This document shows, in pieces, positions 1 through 14,451 of a stretch of 64,000 nucleotides of DNA. Below the pieces are notes generated by a model, which worked only from the letters and a program-made list of their open reading frames with translations, made no database searches and was not told the origin of the DNA. This DNA is from Octopus sinensis (Eukaryota), in the NCBI RefSeq assembly GCF_006345805.1, contig NC_043017.1:19716001-19780000 (forward strand), given 5' to 3'. How positions within the stretch are numbered: position 1 is the first letter of the stretch; each line of letters begins with the position of its first letter. The position numbers and the translations under genes were made by a program.

Positions 1-595
1 CACATGAAAATACTTACATAAACATGTATACACACACAAACACAAACATGCATACAAACTTACACACACACACACACATGTATGCAAACATAGACACAGA
101 AACATACAGATAAATACATAAACACACACACACACAAAATGCATACAAACACACATGAAGATGTAAGCAGAGATATACACATAAATATACACACAAACAC
201 CCCACCCCCCCATTCATATACACGCATAAACAGAGACCAATTATGTGTAGAATAAGAAATATGTTCACTGAAAGAGTTTGATTAAAGATCTATAAAATGG
301 AATTTAATAATCAATATGTAAATATTGGAGATTAAGAAGGAAATTTTTGAAAATGTCTAGGGATAGATTTGAAGAAGAAATGATGATGGATTAGGAACAA
401 TTTTTCAGTAAAAGCCATTTCGGAAACATTCTTAAGACATAAACGAACGTGAAATGTCAAGGTTTGTTGTTGTTTACCATTTCCAAGTTTCCACAGAAAT
501 AACAAGAGAGAAGAAAAAAAAGAAAGAAAGAAAATGAACAATAAACAAAATGTTGATTTTTTTTCTTCTGTCATCCATGTTCCACCTTTAAGACA

Positions 596-636
<41 letters not shown>

Positions 637-1320
637 ATGAGACACGTGCATATACACATACACACATATATGTAATAGTTATGTATATAGACACATGCAT
701 ACAAATATCTATTTATCTATCTACAGACACACATATATATATACACACACACATATATATATATATTATATATATATATACACACATACACACAGATATC
801 TTAATCTCTATATATGATTGCATGGTTCATGTGTGAATGTCTATATACATATAGACATACATACATGTAAACATCAATATATCTACATATACACATACAC
901 ACACACATCTTAATCCATCTGTGGGTGTGTGTGTGTGAATGTGGGGCTTATGTGTATGTATGTATACATACATATATATATAAACATTAATCTACATGTC
1001 TGTGTAAGTATATATATATATATGTATAGACACACACACACACATATATCCATCCATATACCCTCATATCCAGACCACACATATACATGTAAAGTAAATA
1101 GATTCAGACAGAGAAATGTGTGTGTGTGTGTATGTGTGTGCTCACATGTAATAAAAGAAAATGAAGACTGTGAAAATATAGATGATGATGATCGTTAAGT
1201 AAGCCAAAGGCAAATTAATTTAGATTTTACAAAAATTAGACAAAACAGCAAATGGAAAACATGGCTTTTTAATGAAAGCACATCTCCGAGGCAATGTGAA
1301 TCAAATGATAAGACACACAC

Positions 1321-1619
1321 GTCTATGATATATATAATATATATATGTATAATATATATATGTATAATATATATATAATATAATATATGTATAATATATA
1401 TATAATATATATATATGTATAATATATATATAATATATATATATGTATAATATATATATATGTATAATATATATAATATATATTATATGTATAATATATA
1501 TATAATATATATTATGTATAATATATATAATATATATATATGTAAATATATATATAATATATATATATGTATAATATATATATAATATATAATAATATAT
1601 ATATATATATATATATATC

Positions 1620-1651
<32 letters not shown>

Positions 1652-1750
1652 ATCCAATATATATATAGTATATATATATATAATACATATATATATATAT
1701 GCCATATATATATATATATGCATAATATATATATATATATGCATATATAC
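1321..1750. repeat. Compound (TA)n/(TATAA)n microsatellite
   Basis: Direct reading of the sequence. Confidence 0.95.
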
Positions 1751-2329
1751 ATGTGCGAATATTTCCTCAGGCGGGTGACATGATTATAGTGACATTGAAG
1801 AAATGACAGATTTTTAAAAGCAACAGGAAGATTTATGTTATTCAACCCCGACAACCCCAGATGGAGAAATACATGCGCCTTTCTTGTTGAGACAGACGCA
1901 TATTTGCCACTCATTATCAGCTCCATTTCGTCTTTCACGCACATTTTTATTCAGATTAATATTAAAATTATCATTATTATCATTCCATATATGTATGTGA
2001 AATAAAATTCATATGTTAAAAATCAATAGGAATTTTTAGAGAAAGGCAGGACGATAGAAGTATAAAATTTCAATCTAGATGTGATCAAAAAATGTTCTTG
2101 AATGTCAGAAAGGAATATAAATTAGTGTTAGAGAAATATGAATTAATGGTGAAAAATAGGGAAAAAAAAAGGCTAAAATGCGAGAAAAATCTCAAATGAA
2201 AAGGAAAGAGATGATGGCCAATGTAACAGTTTATAAGCAAAGTGTGAAGTTTAATAAGGTTTGAGAAGAGCAGTTTACTCTGCCTGGAATTTGTACAACA
2301 CACATACATATATAAAATGTGTGTATATA

Positions 2330-3196
2330 TACAGGGTGTGATGGGTAAATTTGTTGCTATTTTATATTTCTAACTTGCACGTGAGCATGGTCTGTTTTTG
2401 ATTTTGTTGACTACACAGTACAGTAGGGTCAGTTGGGTACTGTCTGTGAGAAAACCAGTACCATGATGCAATTCACTATGCCAGAAATTTGGAAACTGCT
2501 AGGCATTCATGCTGGAAGCTCCAATACAAATATTTCAGAGTGTTTGGGTGTGAATCTGAGGACATGTACCAAGAGTGATAAAAATCAAGCATCCAGTCAA
2601 CATCATGATGTTTGGAGTGATCGCTAGTGACAGCAACATTATGCCTTCATTCATCTTCCCACATCACCTCAGTCTTAACACAGAGGCCTACATCAAGTGC
2701 CTGGAGGAGGTAGTGCTGCCCTGGGCGAAGAGGGTAGCTGCTGGAAGACCCTATGCTTGGCAACAGGACTCTGCACCATGCAAGACAAGCAGGAGAACCC
2801 AGTCATGGCTGTCAGACAATTTCTGCAACCACATCACCCCTAGCATCTGGCCACCTAATTCCCCAGACTGCAAACCCCTTGACTATTATGCATGGAACAC
2901 AGTTGAGCAAGAGGCCAACAAAACTCCTTGCAACACCAAAGATGAACTGAAGGCATGGATTATGGCAGTATTCACCAACTGAAACAAAGAGACCCTCCAG
3001 AAGAGTTGCAGGAGATTCCAAAGTCGTCTGGAGGGTGTGGTTGAAGCTAATGAGGATTTTATTGAATAAATTTACTCTTTAGTATTTCAAGATATTTTTA
3101 TGTAATTTTGGTAAATATATCAGTTAAAACGAGGTGTCAGTGTTATTTTCATTTTTGCGTAATTTAGACAACAGTTTATTCACCACACCCTATGTA
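2330..3196 (+). mobile_element. Internally deleted Tc1/mariner transposon, DD37D (maT) family
   Basis: Imperfect TIRs (CAGGGTGTGATGGGTAAATTTGTTG vs reverse complement TAGGGTGTGGTGAATAAACTGTTG) in TA context enclose transposase remnants. Confidence 0.9.
2463..3069 (+). pseudogene. maT transposase remnant (N-terminal stub joined to catalytic C-terminal half)
   Basis: WQQDSAP...WPPNSPDCKPLDYYAW has 37 residues between the 2nd and 3rd catalytic D. There is an in-frame stop after AVFTN, and the middle of the ORF including the first D is missing. Confidence 0.9.
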
Positions 3197-3320
3197 TAGA
3201 TTTATGTATATATTATACTTAAATAAGAATATTATTGATAGTGACTCTGAAGTTTTGGCGAAGCTGTCATCAGACAGTGATGCATTGAGGTTAATCTTGG
3301 CTTTAAAGTCATTGTCAACT

Positions 3321-3563
3321 ATCATCATCATCGTTTAACGTCCGTTCTCCATGCTAGCACGGGTTGGACGGTTCGACCGGGGATTTGGGAAGCCAGAAGG
3401 CTGCACCAGGCTCCAGTCTGATCTGGCAGTGTTTCTACAGCTGGATGCCCTTCCTAACGCCAACCTTTCAACTCTGTGAGTGTAGTGGGTGCCAGGCAAG
3501 GCTGGTAATGGCCACGATCGGATTGGTGCATTTTATGTGCCACCGGCACGGAAGCCAGTCAAG
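3321..3563 (-). mobile_element. SINE family C (GGAAGGGCATCC core, (ATG)n tail)
   Basis: Same sequence recurs at 21803-22140, 32875-33035, 40262-40428, 42340-42660 and more weakly elsewhere. Confidence 0.8.
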
Positions 3564-3699
3564 GAAGCCATATTCTAGTTTAAGAATAATGAATTTGTAC
3601 TGTACAAAAGTATAGAGTTACCCATCAGATTGTAAAGAAACAGAAGAAACGCAATAAAGATTCTGGTAGCTTACTGCCTTCAATAATAATAATAATAAT

Positions 3700-4006
3700 T
3701 CTTTCTATTACAGGCACAAGTCCTGAAACTTTGGGGGAATGGGCTAGCCAATTTCATCGACTCCATTGCTCAGCTGGCAATTTGAACTCAGAACATAGGG
3801 CCTGAAGAAATGCTGTGATGTATTTTGTTCAGTGTGCTAATGATTCTGCCAGCTAGCCACCATAATGATAGTAATGGTTTCAAGTTTAGGCACAAAGCCA
3901 GCAACGGAAGGCAAAGTTGTAATTTGAACTCAGAATATAAAAATGGATAAAATACTACTAAACATTTTGTCCGGCATGTTAAAAAAATTCTGTCAATTTG
4001 CCACCC

Positions 4007-4042
<36 letters not shown>

Positions 4043-4525
4043 TAATACTTTCTACTCTAGGCACAAGGCCTGAAATTTTGGGGGAGGGGGCCCAGTCGAT
4101 TACATCGACCCAGTACACAACTGGTACTTAATTTATCGACACCGAAAGGATGAAAGGCAAAGTTGAATTTGAACTCAGAACGTAAAGACAGACGAAATAC
4201 TGTTAAGCATTTCACCTGGTGTGCTAACGTTTCCGCCAGCTCACCATCTTATAATAAATAATAATAATAATAATAATAATAATCCTTTCTACTATAGGCA
4301 CAAAGCCTGAAATTTAGTGGAGGAAGGTAGCTGATTGCATGACCCCCAGCACATAACTGCTACTTAATTGATCAACCCCAGTGTGAAATGGATAATTAAT
4401 TTATTAACCGTGAAAGGGCGAAAGGCAAAGTCGACTTTGGTGGAATTTGAACTCAGAACATAGTGACAAACGAAATACAGCTAAGCATTTTGCCTTGAAT
4501 GCTAATGATTCTGCCAGCTCACCAC
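3700..4525 (-). mobile_element. Cluster of four co-oriented SINE family A copies/fragments separated by (TAA)n
   Basis: Repeated ccagctcacc / tttgaactcagaac / ggcacaaggcc blocks matching full copies at 14222 and 41029. Confidence 0.85.
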
Positions 4526-4526
4526 C

Positions 4527-4560
<34 letters not shown>

Positions 4561-4872
4561 ATGATCTCTGGGATATGTCAATTATTTTCAAACATAACGA
4601 TAAATCTGGTGTTACTGTTCTTTTTTTTTTTTTTTGTGTGCACTTTTGCACTTTTAATGAAGACGAACGTAATAATAAACACAAATGACTTCGACTTCAA
4701 ATTAGCAGCTGATTCAGTTACGACTTGGGAGAAAAGTAAAAGCAAAAAGAAAATCGATATTTGGTCGGTTTCCGATGAAGATTTTATACAAATCACAGAA
4801 AGGTTAACTCCATAATCATGTCGCAAACGATATAAATAAAAAAAAACATATACATACATACACACACACACA

Positions 4873-4912
<40 letters not shown>

Positions 4913-5794
4913 CCACATTAAAGAAATAATGTATGACCGATACTGGAATTTATTGGACGAAGATTTCTCAGCATGACCAATTAATGATTTCATTACCATT
5001 TTTTGTTACTTCTTTCCCTCATATAAAAACCAGTCGTTAATACATAATTAGGAGGCCTGGCTGAGTAAATAACCGCAATCATCTTCGTTATTTATAATAA
5101 TTGCTGTTTAGTACGTATGTTCATACATCAGGCAGTTTTGAGTTCAGTCCTAGAATGCGGTACCTTGGGCAAGTGACAACCCTGGGCTGACCAAAGCCTC
5201 GCAAGTGGTTTTGCTATATAGAAACTGAACAAAGCCCATGGTATGTATGTATGTATGTATATATATATATATATATATATATACATACACATATATATAA
5301 AGACAAATATGTTTCTCTGTGTTGTGTTTATGTATGTGTATACATATATATATATATATATATACTTGTGTACATTTATATAAATACAAACATATATATA
5401 TATATACACACACAACACACACACATATATATATACACACACACATATATATAGGTATACATATAGATGTACTGGTGCCTGATGTAAGTCTATGGCTTAA
5501 TGGATCCAGTCAAACTGTCCAACCCATATCAGTATAGGAAAAAGATGTTACTGAATGTATGCGTGTGTGTGTGTGTATGTAACTTAGTGTCTTGATATCA
5601 TATAACAGTTGTAAATGAGAGTCACCATCATACAAGTGGTGTCCACATTCAACCTTCCACGAAAACATGTCAAGCCACAGAGAAATTATTACCTTGGCTT
5701 TTCACTGGAAGCAGAAGAGAACTGGCAATAGGAAGAGTATCTGTCTACCTGAACGAATTCCATCTGATCCATGCAGGTGTGTGTGTGTCTTCTT

Positions 5795-6185
5795 TTGTCC
5801 TGTTATTTGTTTCAGTCATTTGACCGTGGCCATGCTGGAGCACCACCTCGAAGGATTTTAGTCGAACAAACTAACCCCAGGGCCTTTTTTTTTAAAACCT
5901 GATACTAATTCTATCAGTCTCATTTGCTGAACTGCTAAGTTATGGGAATGTAAACACACCAACACCAGTTAACAAGCGATGATGGGGGGGGGGGGTTAGA
6001 TACACTCATATAGATGAACGCACACATATATGATGGGCTTCTTCCAGTTTCTGTCTACCAAATCCATTCACAAAGCTTTGGTTGGTCTGAGACTATAGAA
6101 GAAGACACTTGCCCAAGTGCCACACAGTGGGACTGAACCCAGAACCATGTGGTTGGTTAGCAAGCTACTTACCACACAGCCACTC
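5795..6185 (-). mobile_element. SINE family B (CORE-like, ccttgggcaagtgtctt)
   Basis: Reverse complement matches copies at 8811-9276 and 55543-56147. Confidence 0.85.
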
Positions 6186-6719
6186 TAGTTGAATAAAAAT
6201 CAGGAATTCTTTTCTGATATCAATTTAGTGTTTACTGTTCAACAGACCAACTATTATTAGCAGCAGAGAATAAGCTAAAAGGCATAGAAATATAGAATTT
6301 ATAATGTTTACCAAACTAGTAAAACTAATAATAATTGGTAGATTTTTTTTTCCATTTATTTAAAAGGCAGCAGCTGTGACCAAAAATTAGAATGTCTGTT
6401 ACAAAAATGGTGCAAAGCAGAATTCATTTCAAAATTTATGTTATATTTATTTCTAATGTGGTTCAATGTAAGAAATGAAAGTAATGTGTGAATGCAAGTA
6501 TTAATATTTACAGACCTAATCAACCCATACCAACAATGAAAATGAAATATTTACAAGGAAGCCATACATTTTCTTCTTTTAATGAAGACTGCATATGAGA
6601 AACAATTACAGCTATGTGAACGAAATAATAAAAATGATACAAACATTTGATATTAGTTTTGAACAAGAAAAAAAAGTGGGTGTATACACATACACACAAA
6701 CTTTATGTTCATGACTGCA

Positions 6720-6731
6720 TCATATAATATA

Positions 6732-6763
<32 letters not shown>

Positions 6764-7023
6764 CCATATATACACATATATACATATATATGTATACACA
6801 TATATACATATATATATATATGTATACATATATATATGTATACACATATATACATATATATATATATGTGTGTATACACATATATACATATATGTATGTA
6901 CATATATATGTATACACATATATACATATATATATATATGTATACATATATATATATGTATACACATATATATATATGTGTGCATACACATATATATACA
7001 TATATGTATATATATGTATACAC

Positions 7024-7067
<44 letters not shown>

Positions 7068-7100
7068 TATATGTATACACATATATACATATAGATAGAT
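6720..7100. repeat. (TA)n/(CA)n compound microsatellite
   Basis: Direct reading. Confidence 0.95.
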
Positions 7101-7204
7101 ATGGACATATATGTGTTTGCGTAAAGCGGTGTACATGTCTTGCAGTAGTCAAGCCCATGAAAGAGAAACTACTCTCTTAAGGGACATAACCCAGTTGCGC
7201 TTAC

Positions 7205-7211
7205 CGTTCAA
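7205..7211 (-). CDS. Candidate 7-nt microexon (TTGAACG), gene unidentified
   Basis: Minus strand ttttatctgtttcag|TTGAACG|gtaagc, 92 nt downstream of the 7304-7342 candidate. Splice-site pattern only. Confidence 0.25.
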
Positions 7212-7303
7212 CTGAAACAGATAAAATATGAGCAGGAGACTAATAAATACACACTCATTGATATAATCAATGAAAAAAAAAACAAAAAAAAAACTGAACG
7301 TAC

Positions 7304-7342
7304 CCTTGAAGGTGTTGCCCCAGCCTGGCCATAATCTAATGA
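7304..7342 (-). CDS. Candidate 39-nt exon (SLDYGQAGATPSR in phase 0 or IRLWPGWGNTFK in phase 1)
   Basis: Long pyrimidine tract ...ttttcttttgctcttttactggtttcag| and donor AGG|gtacgt; length is a multiple of 3. No recognisable homolog. Confidence 0.4.
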
Positions 7343-7791
7343 CTGAAACCAGTAAAAGAGCAAAAGAAAAGAAAAAAAAAAAACTCCTCCTCCTCCTCCC
7401 AAGCGAACAGAACAAAAGATCCAATTGTGTTTAACCCATTACACTCTTGGAATGAACAATTAAAATCACTATTAATGATAACGAAGACAGTAATGATGAT
7501 GATGATGCTGGCAGTGATGACGACAATGACAATGCCATTAAGGAGAATGATGACAGGGAAAAAAAAAAAGAAGAAGCAAAAACAAAAGAAACAAAATAAG
7601 AAATAAATGGCATGTTAGCCATTTTAAACAAGAGCTAATTAACTAATGACATTAATAGTTTCTAGCTACAGTAATAACGAGGATAACAAAATGCAAATTT
7701 TTTCCATGTCGTTCTCCATGTAATTAATAAACAAGATATACTCCACAGGTTATATCTGCTGCTCATTCAATAATAGCAATAACAATAATAA

Positions 7792-7825
<34 letters not shown>

Positions 7826-7963
7826 TATTATTATTATTATTATTATTATTAACAGTCAGTTATTTACATCTATATCCCATTAATCCAGCATTTGTACTTT
7901 TTTTTATCTTCCCACATAAAGAATTAAAACTGCAAATATTATTCTGATGGGCTCTCTCTCTCT

Positions 7964-8004
<41 letters not shown>

Positions 8005-8094
8005 TATATATAGCTGCATACATATACATATTGTTCAACAATATACAGGAAATGTTTTGTTCATATTGAATGTGTTTGTGTGTGAGTGTACATA

Positions 8095-8137
<43 letters not shown>

Positions 8138-8810
8138 GATATGACTAAAAAATTTACCGATGCATTTCATTGAACGCAAAAAATATATACATTGTCAAAT
8201 TATTCAATATCCAATATATATAAGCTGTCTTGTTTTTCTTTTCTTGTTTTTTTTTTGTTTTATAGTTCATTTATCCACCCACCACCACTACTGCCTCTGA
8301 CATCCATTAATTTAGAATCACAAATAAAACCCATTAAAGCATTTATAGTAGATAAAACCTGAAAAACCATGACGACTGCCAGAGGTAAATATACTGTAAT
8401 TACAGCTGAGACAAAAAAGGGCCAGCCAAGTAACTGTGCATTTATGCATAAGCTAGAGCAAGGTTTTCGTTTTTCTTCAGAAAACATGGCTGTTTCTTCA
8501 TCGATTGAAAAAATGATGAGCAACCTTAATTGACTCTGGAACCTTATTGGTTCCTCTTCAGAGGTGTCTACATCAATTTAGACTAATCCTAGAGAAAAGA
8601 GGCAACCAATTTGTTTTACTCAACAAATCCAGTAACAAAAGAGAACTGGGGTAACTAATTTACATATCGTATGCATTAGCATTTTATTTTTAAATAACAA
8701 GGGCCAGTCCACACAGTATAACCTATATAGCAGTAATAATAATCCTTTTTAGTAAAGACACAAGGCCTAAAATTTTGGGGGAGGGGACTAGTCGATCACA
8801 TCAACCCCAG

Positions 8811-9276
<466 letters not shown>

Positions 9277-9686
9277 TATACTAATATATACTTATAAATA
9301 TGCATACATGCATAATCTATCTCTGTATTTATATACAGACCATGTGCATTCACATATATTTGTGTGTGTGTGTGTTTGATTATAACTTTTTGGTTGATTA
9401 AACAAGGTAATGAATGACGCAGTTTTCTTTGGCTGAAATCCTTTTTCAACAAATCATGCAAAACTTTTAAATTTGCAGAACCACATGACCAACAGAGAGT
9501 GTGGGTACCATCCCTGCCACACCCCGAAAAAGAAAAGAAAATGTGAAAAGAACAAAAAGAAAAAAATCAAAACAAAACAAAAGCCATCATAACCTAAGCT
9601 AAATTTATCGTACAGAAATATTTCAGTGAAGTCTTTGTGAACGGTGATGTGACTGTGAAGATGTGAATGGACTTTTGTATATTTAA

Positions 9687-9816
9687 CCTTTAGCATGCTG
9701 AAAGCAAATACTGTTGCTCCATGAGTTTTCTTGCCTATAGCTGCAGGCACATTGTGTGGCATTAAGAGGGGAGATAACTCATATGGTAACATGATTTGCA
9801 TTCAGTGTGCTAAAGG
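9687..9816. mobile_element. Short piggyBac-like MITE (TIR CCTTTAGCA); second partial copy at about 18742-18858
   Basis: ttaa|cctttagcat...gtgctaaagg|tgaa; the second copy ends gctaaagg|ttaa and shares internal sequence. Confidence 0.6.
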
Positions 9817-10063
9817 TGAAAGCATGCTAAGAGGATTGAAATGTCTGTCTCCAAAGTCACCATGTCTGTTATAGAATCTATGAAGCTGTGAATGGACTTC
9901 CGTATATTCAAAAAGGGCTGAAGTGACCAAAATGCTTGCCCCCAAAGTGACTGGTCGCTATGTCTGTTATAGATTACATTAGTCTTTCCCCTGACCCTAT
10001 TTTGGAAAAATATACTTTAATCTGAGTCAACAACCCTTTTTGTGTGATTCATGTAATATTTAC

Positions 10064-10084
10064 CATTTTTCGATATGAGTACAA
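10064..10084 (-). CDS. Candidate 21-nt microexon
   Basis: ttttcccttttttaaagtacag|TTGTACTCATATCGAAAAATG|gtaaat; open in all three phases. Pattern only. Confidence 0.2.
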
Positions 10085-10783
10085 CTGTACTTTAAAAAAG
10101 GGAAAATATTTGTAGCAAAAAAAAAAATACAAGATAAAAAGCAAGGTTTCTTTTTTTAGCAATAACAATATAAAAGATTAATTCTAAATAAAGTTCAGTA
10201 CGCATTGATAGATAAAATGGTCGAATAAATGTCAGGGAAATGTTAAAGAATGTCTAGAAATCCAAAGAGTGATACCTTAAAATGACATGTATTGATTTAA
10301 TAGTCAATACCAACAATAGATGCGCTCTAGGTATGACTTCTGGTTTGTTTTCGGTGTAGGTACTTTTAACGATAGCTCAAGGTTATTTCAGTGCTTTCGT
10401 GTCAACAATAACAAACATCAATTATTATTAATAATAACGATAATTATAATTATTATTATTAACAACAACCAAACGAACAAAATTTTGAAAAGTAGGTTGG
10501 CAGCGGTGTGAATGTGACATCCATCTAACATACAAACTAGAGGTGTTACTTGACTAAATGTCTCGCTACGAGGGAGTGAGGGTGAGAGAAGCAGTGATAA
10601 GGTGATTTGTTATTGAACAGGGTCCGATGATGATATTAAAAGAGTCTAAGGGTCTCATTCATCGTTTTCTTTCATCAATGAAGGGTAACGAACAAAAAAA
10701 AAAATCAAAATCGAAAAGGCAATTAGCAAGGAGAGCTGTAATGTGCTGTTATTTGTTTATTTATAAGGCCCTGAAGGACTCAC

Positions 10784-10855
10784 CCATCACTTTTTGAAAG
10801 TTCCGTGTTTTCAAAGGATGGACAATGGAAGTAGAAATCAGGATATAGGGACAGC
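10784..10855 (-). CDS. Candidate 72-nt exon (LSLYPDFYFHCPSFENTELSKSD in phase 2 or CPYILISTSIVHPLKTRNFQKVM in phase 1)
   Basis: Acceptor ttttttatttaatgctatggttgcatttccag| and donor TGG|gtgagt; unique sequence; length is a multiple of 3. Confidence 0.45.
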
Positions 10856-11410
10856 CTGGAAATGCAACCATAGCATTAAATAAAAAATAAAAAAATTAAT
10901 TCATTTATAATAAAAATAATAATAATAACGATGATAAAAGCAATATAGGTAACAAAAGTCAATGAGTATTCAAAGAGAATTCTTCGAGGATTGCTTAGAC
11001 CATTCCTTTCTCTCCTTCGGGCAGTGGATGTTGTCACCTTGAATGTGACAACGCAAAAGAAAAGGGGATGAAAAAAACAGAAAGAAAAAAAACATTTGAA
11101 GTCATTTTTTTTTTTATTTGAATACCTGTCAGTTTCAAGAGATATTATTTCGATTTATCGTTAAAAAACAAAAAAATCATTAAAAAGATGTGAGATCTTC
11201 AAAATATCTTAAATCTTTAAAAAAAAAAGACTAAAAAATATTCTTCAACTGTAATAATTTTTTGGTTTGAAAATACAAAATTATCAAGTTTCAATTATTT
11301 TTTTTTGAGCAAAAGCTATGAAATAGTATTAAATAGTAAATAAAGTTAATATAAAGTGATATAACACATTAAAAGAGAAACTATGCTGTTGTATATATCC
11401 CTGGATTTAC

Positions 11411-11435
11411 CTGTGTGTATGTGTCGAAGCAATTC
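11411..11435 (-). CDS. Candidate 25-nt microexon
   Basis: acacttctgtattgcag|GAATTGCTTCGACACATACACACAG|gtaaat. Pattern only. Confidence 0.2.
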
Positions 11436-11615
11436 CTGCAATACAGAAGTGTTGCAGTCATGGAAAAATTTTGTGTTAATTATGGAATTCTATATCACAA
11501 AATATATTTTCTCTTATTAGGTTCCAAGTGGCATGGGATTTCAAGAGCGCAATGCTGGTGTAATGTGCCTGACTATGCAAAGACAAGTATAATATATATA
11601 TATATATAATATATA

Positions 11616-11658
<43 letters not shown>

Positions 11659-11842
11659 AAAAATAGGATAAAATCTTTATAAGAATTTATCAAGTAGTCA
11701 GCGTGAAAAACCTCATAAGAGAAAAATGTCCACCAATTTTTTCACTTAAATATATTTATTTATATATAGAGGGCATTACTACACATAAATGCCACACGCT
11801 AGGAGGGACTCTTAAAGTCAAAACTACTAAAAACACACACAG

Positions 11843-11881
<39 letters not shown>

Positions 11882-12764
11882 ATATATACATACATACATA
11901 CATATACAGAAACACACAGACATATATATATATATACATACATATACAGAAACACACAGACATATATATATATATATATATATATCTGCAGGGTGTGATC
12001 TTAATTTAATTAAAGGGCTAAATTTTTAGCAAGCTCATTAACTTACACCAATGGTTACTAACGAAGGTGTACAAGATTACAAATATGTTGATGGGTGGGG
12101 AACAGGTGGTTTAATAGATTTCCTTATTTTGCCTAATGGACCCTGGATGGACTGAAAGCAAATTTAAGAATGGTAGGATTTGAACTCGGAAAATTTTTCT
12201 AAAAAAAAGACGACAAAAATAGAAGGGAAAAAAACATGTAACATGAAACTAAATCCCACAACTCATTTTTCTTTGTCACTTTACCGAATATGCTAATCAA
12301 ATGACCTTATTAACTTTTAATTTAACATATAAAAAGAAATCTATAAAATATGGAAATTCTTGAATATGTGATGAAAACCTATAAATACTTACAGTCTATT
12401 TTCTAGTTTAAATATCTAGACATACTTACTTTCCTAATTTTAAACAAAATTCAAATTAGAAGCAGTTGTTTAAAAATATATATATATATATATATATAAA
12501 AGGGAGCAAGAACAACCCTTAAGGAACATAGCATCAGGTACGTTCTAACTTTGTATTTCTTGAAAGGTAATTATTTCGAAGGGAAGAAATAAGTTTGCTC
12601 GTTAGCAAATGAACATTCTTGAAATATGTATAATTTTCAAAATTCAGCAAAGTAAATTTTCTCATATTTATTCATTTGTAGAATAAAATTGAAAATGAAA
12701 TAAATTATTCATCTTTTTTTGTTTTTAATTGTAGAACTCAGTGCTTTAAATACTGGCTTCAAAT

Positions 12765-13110
12765 TTTGGCACAAGGCCAGCAATTTTGGGAGAGGCGGTT
12801 AAGTCGACCCCAGTACTCAATGAAAGGCAAAGCTGACCTCAGCAAGATTTGAACTTAGAGCATCAAGCAAAACAAAATACCTCTAAGCATTTTGCCCAGT
12901 ATGCTAATGATTTTACCAGCTGCTGCCTTAATTATAGCGACTCATAATAATTTCATATTCTGGCACAAAGCCAGCAATTTTGGAGGAGGGGTTAAGTCGA
13001 TTACTTGCTTTATCGACCCCGAAAGGACGAAAGACAAAATTGACCTCAGTGGAATTTGAATGCTAAGTAATTCATCTGGTGTGCTAACAATTTGACCAGC
13101 TCACCACCCT
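12765..13110 (-). mobile_element. Two degenerate SINE family A copies
   Basis: ggcacaaggccagcaatttt, gaaaggcaaagctgacctc and gacccgaaagg-type blocks. Confidence 0.75.
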
Positions 13111-13999
13111 ACTCAGAGCTATGAATATCAGCATATAAGCATTGAGGTTTTAATCCGATACATATATGCTAGTATATATGGCTTCATCTTCTTTGAGTTC
13201 TACAGTTAAAAATGAAGTATTTCACATTTTCTTAAAATTTGTAAATTCTTAGGAAATAAATTAGATTTTAGTTAATTATTCCTTTACTTTAATTGAGAAT
13301 TAGCTAATTATTTAAATATTGTCATTTCTGTGATAAATGTAACAGAATATGAAGAGTCATATTCTAAAACAACAGATTGTTCTTAATGAAAAAAATTATC
13401 AATTTTTCTCAACAAATTTCAAAAAATTACCAATTTTGCCTCATCAATGTACAAAGATATATATTGTTGAGTAAAAGAAAAAACTTTGGAAACTAAATTT
13501 TAAGCTAGTCAAGCAATGTGGTCATTATCTGGCCTGAAATAATATCTGGTCAAGAAATACACTGCCACATATACATGATGAAATGATAAAGATTGTAAAT
13601 ATTTTAGGGACACAAAAACCCTATTTGGTATTCTGATGCCATGAATAAATGAAATGAAGGAAATGGATGAAAATGGTAATGAAATTCAACTGACAGACTT
13701 TTTAATGAAACAGGTGTAATGATATAGAGGTGTAATGGAAATAATTAACAACTTAACGAACAAGAAAAATGACACGTGATGGCAAACACAGGACAGTTAT
13801 TTGTTGTACAACACACAAGATGAAATGGAGATAAGAGGACAAACATTTGTTAATGAATACCGACATTGAGTGTAACGAGGACAAATATGAGAAAGAAGCA
13901 AGCGCAGAAATTCATTCACAAAGCTTGAGGTAGTAATGGCCGCTGCTGGTCATGCTGGTATTGTTGTTGTTGTTGTTTATTTAGACCCAGGATATCTTC

Positions 14000-14221
14000 A
14001 GTCTGGAAATTTGGCCCAAATACTTGCAGTAGGGTAGACTATTCTTCTAAAGGTACCTGAGGACCAGGTGGTGGTGGTGCTAAACTGGATAACACTGGTC
14101 CAAATATTTGCAGCAACAAAGAGGACACTCAGTTGAAGGCACCCAAGAACAACGGGTGGGGGCATTAAGTCAGGTGACAGTTGGTCAAAATGTTTGCAAC
14201 AGGGTGAACTCCTCTGCTAAA
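14000..14221. repeat. Three diverged ~85-bp tandem units
   Basis: Recurrent ttggcccaaatacttgca / ctggtccaaatatttgca / ttggtcaaaatgtttgca ... aaggt/cacc. Confidence 0.55.
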
Positions 14222-14451
14222 GGTGAGCTGGCAGAACCATTAGCACACCGGGCGAAATGCTGAGCGGTATTTTGTCTGCCGCTATGTTCTAAGTTCAAAT
14301 TCCGCCGAGGTCGACTTTGCCTTACATCCTTTCGGGGTCGATAAATTAAGTACCAGTTATGCACTGGGGTCGATGTAATCTACTTAATACCTACGTCTGT
14401 CCTTGTTTGTCCCCTCTATGTTTAGCCCCTTGTGGGCAATAAAGAAATAGG
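14222..14451 (+). mobile_element. SINE family A, full length
   Basis: ggtgagctggcag head, gttcaaattcc B-box-like motif, gtcgactttgcc..cctttcggggtcgataaattaagtaccag body, aaagaaatagg end. Confidence 0.9.

Noticed and set aside
4447-4815. ORF ending KTNVIINTNDFDFKLAADSVTTWEK...
   Set aside because: It starts in a SINE and microsatellite; the only acceptor is a disfavoured GAAG; no homology recognised.
7470-7600. Acidic/basic plus-strand frame NDNEDSNDDDDAGSDDD...KETK
   Set aside because: Decayed (GAT)n and A-run low complexity.
11985-12060. cagggtgtga resembling the maT TIR
   Set aside because: Only 10 bp match, with no partner TIR or internal similarity.
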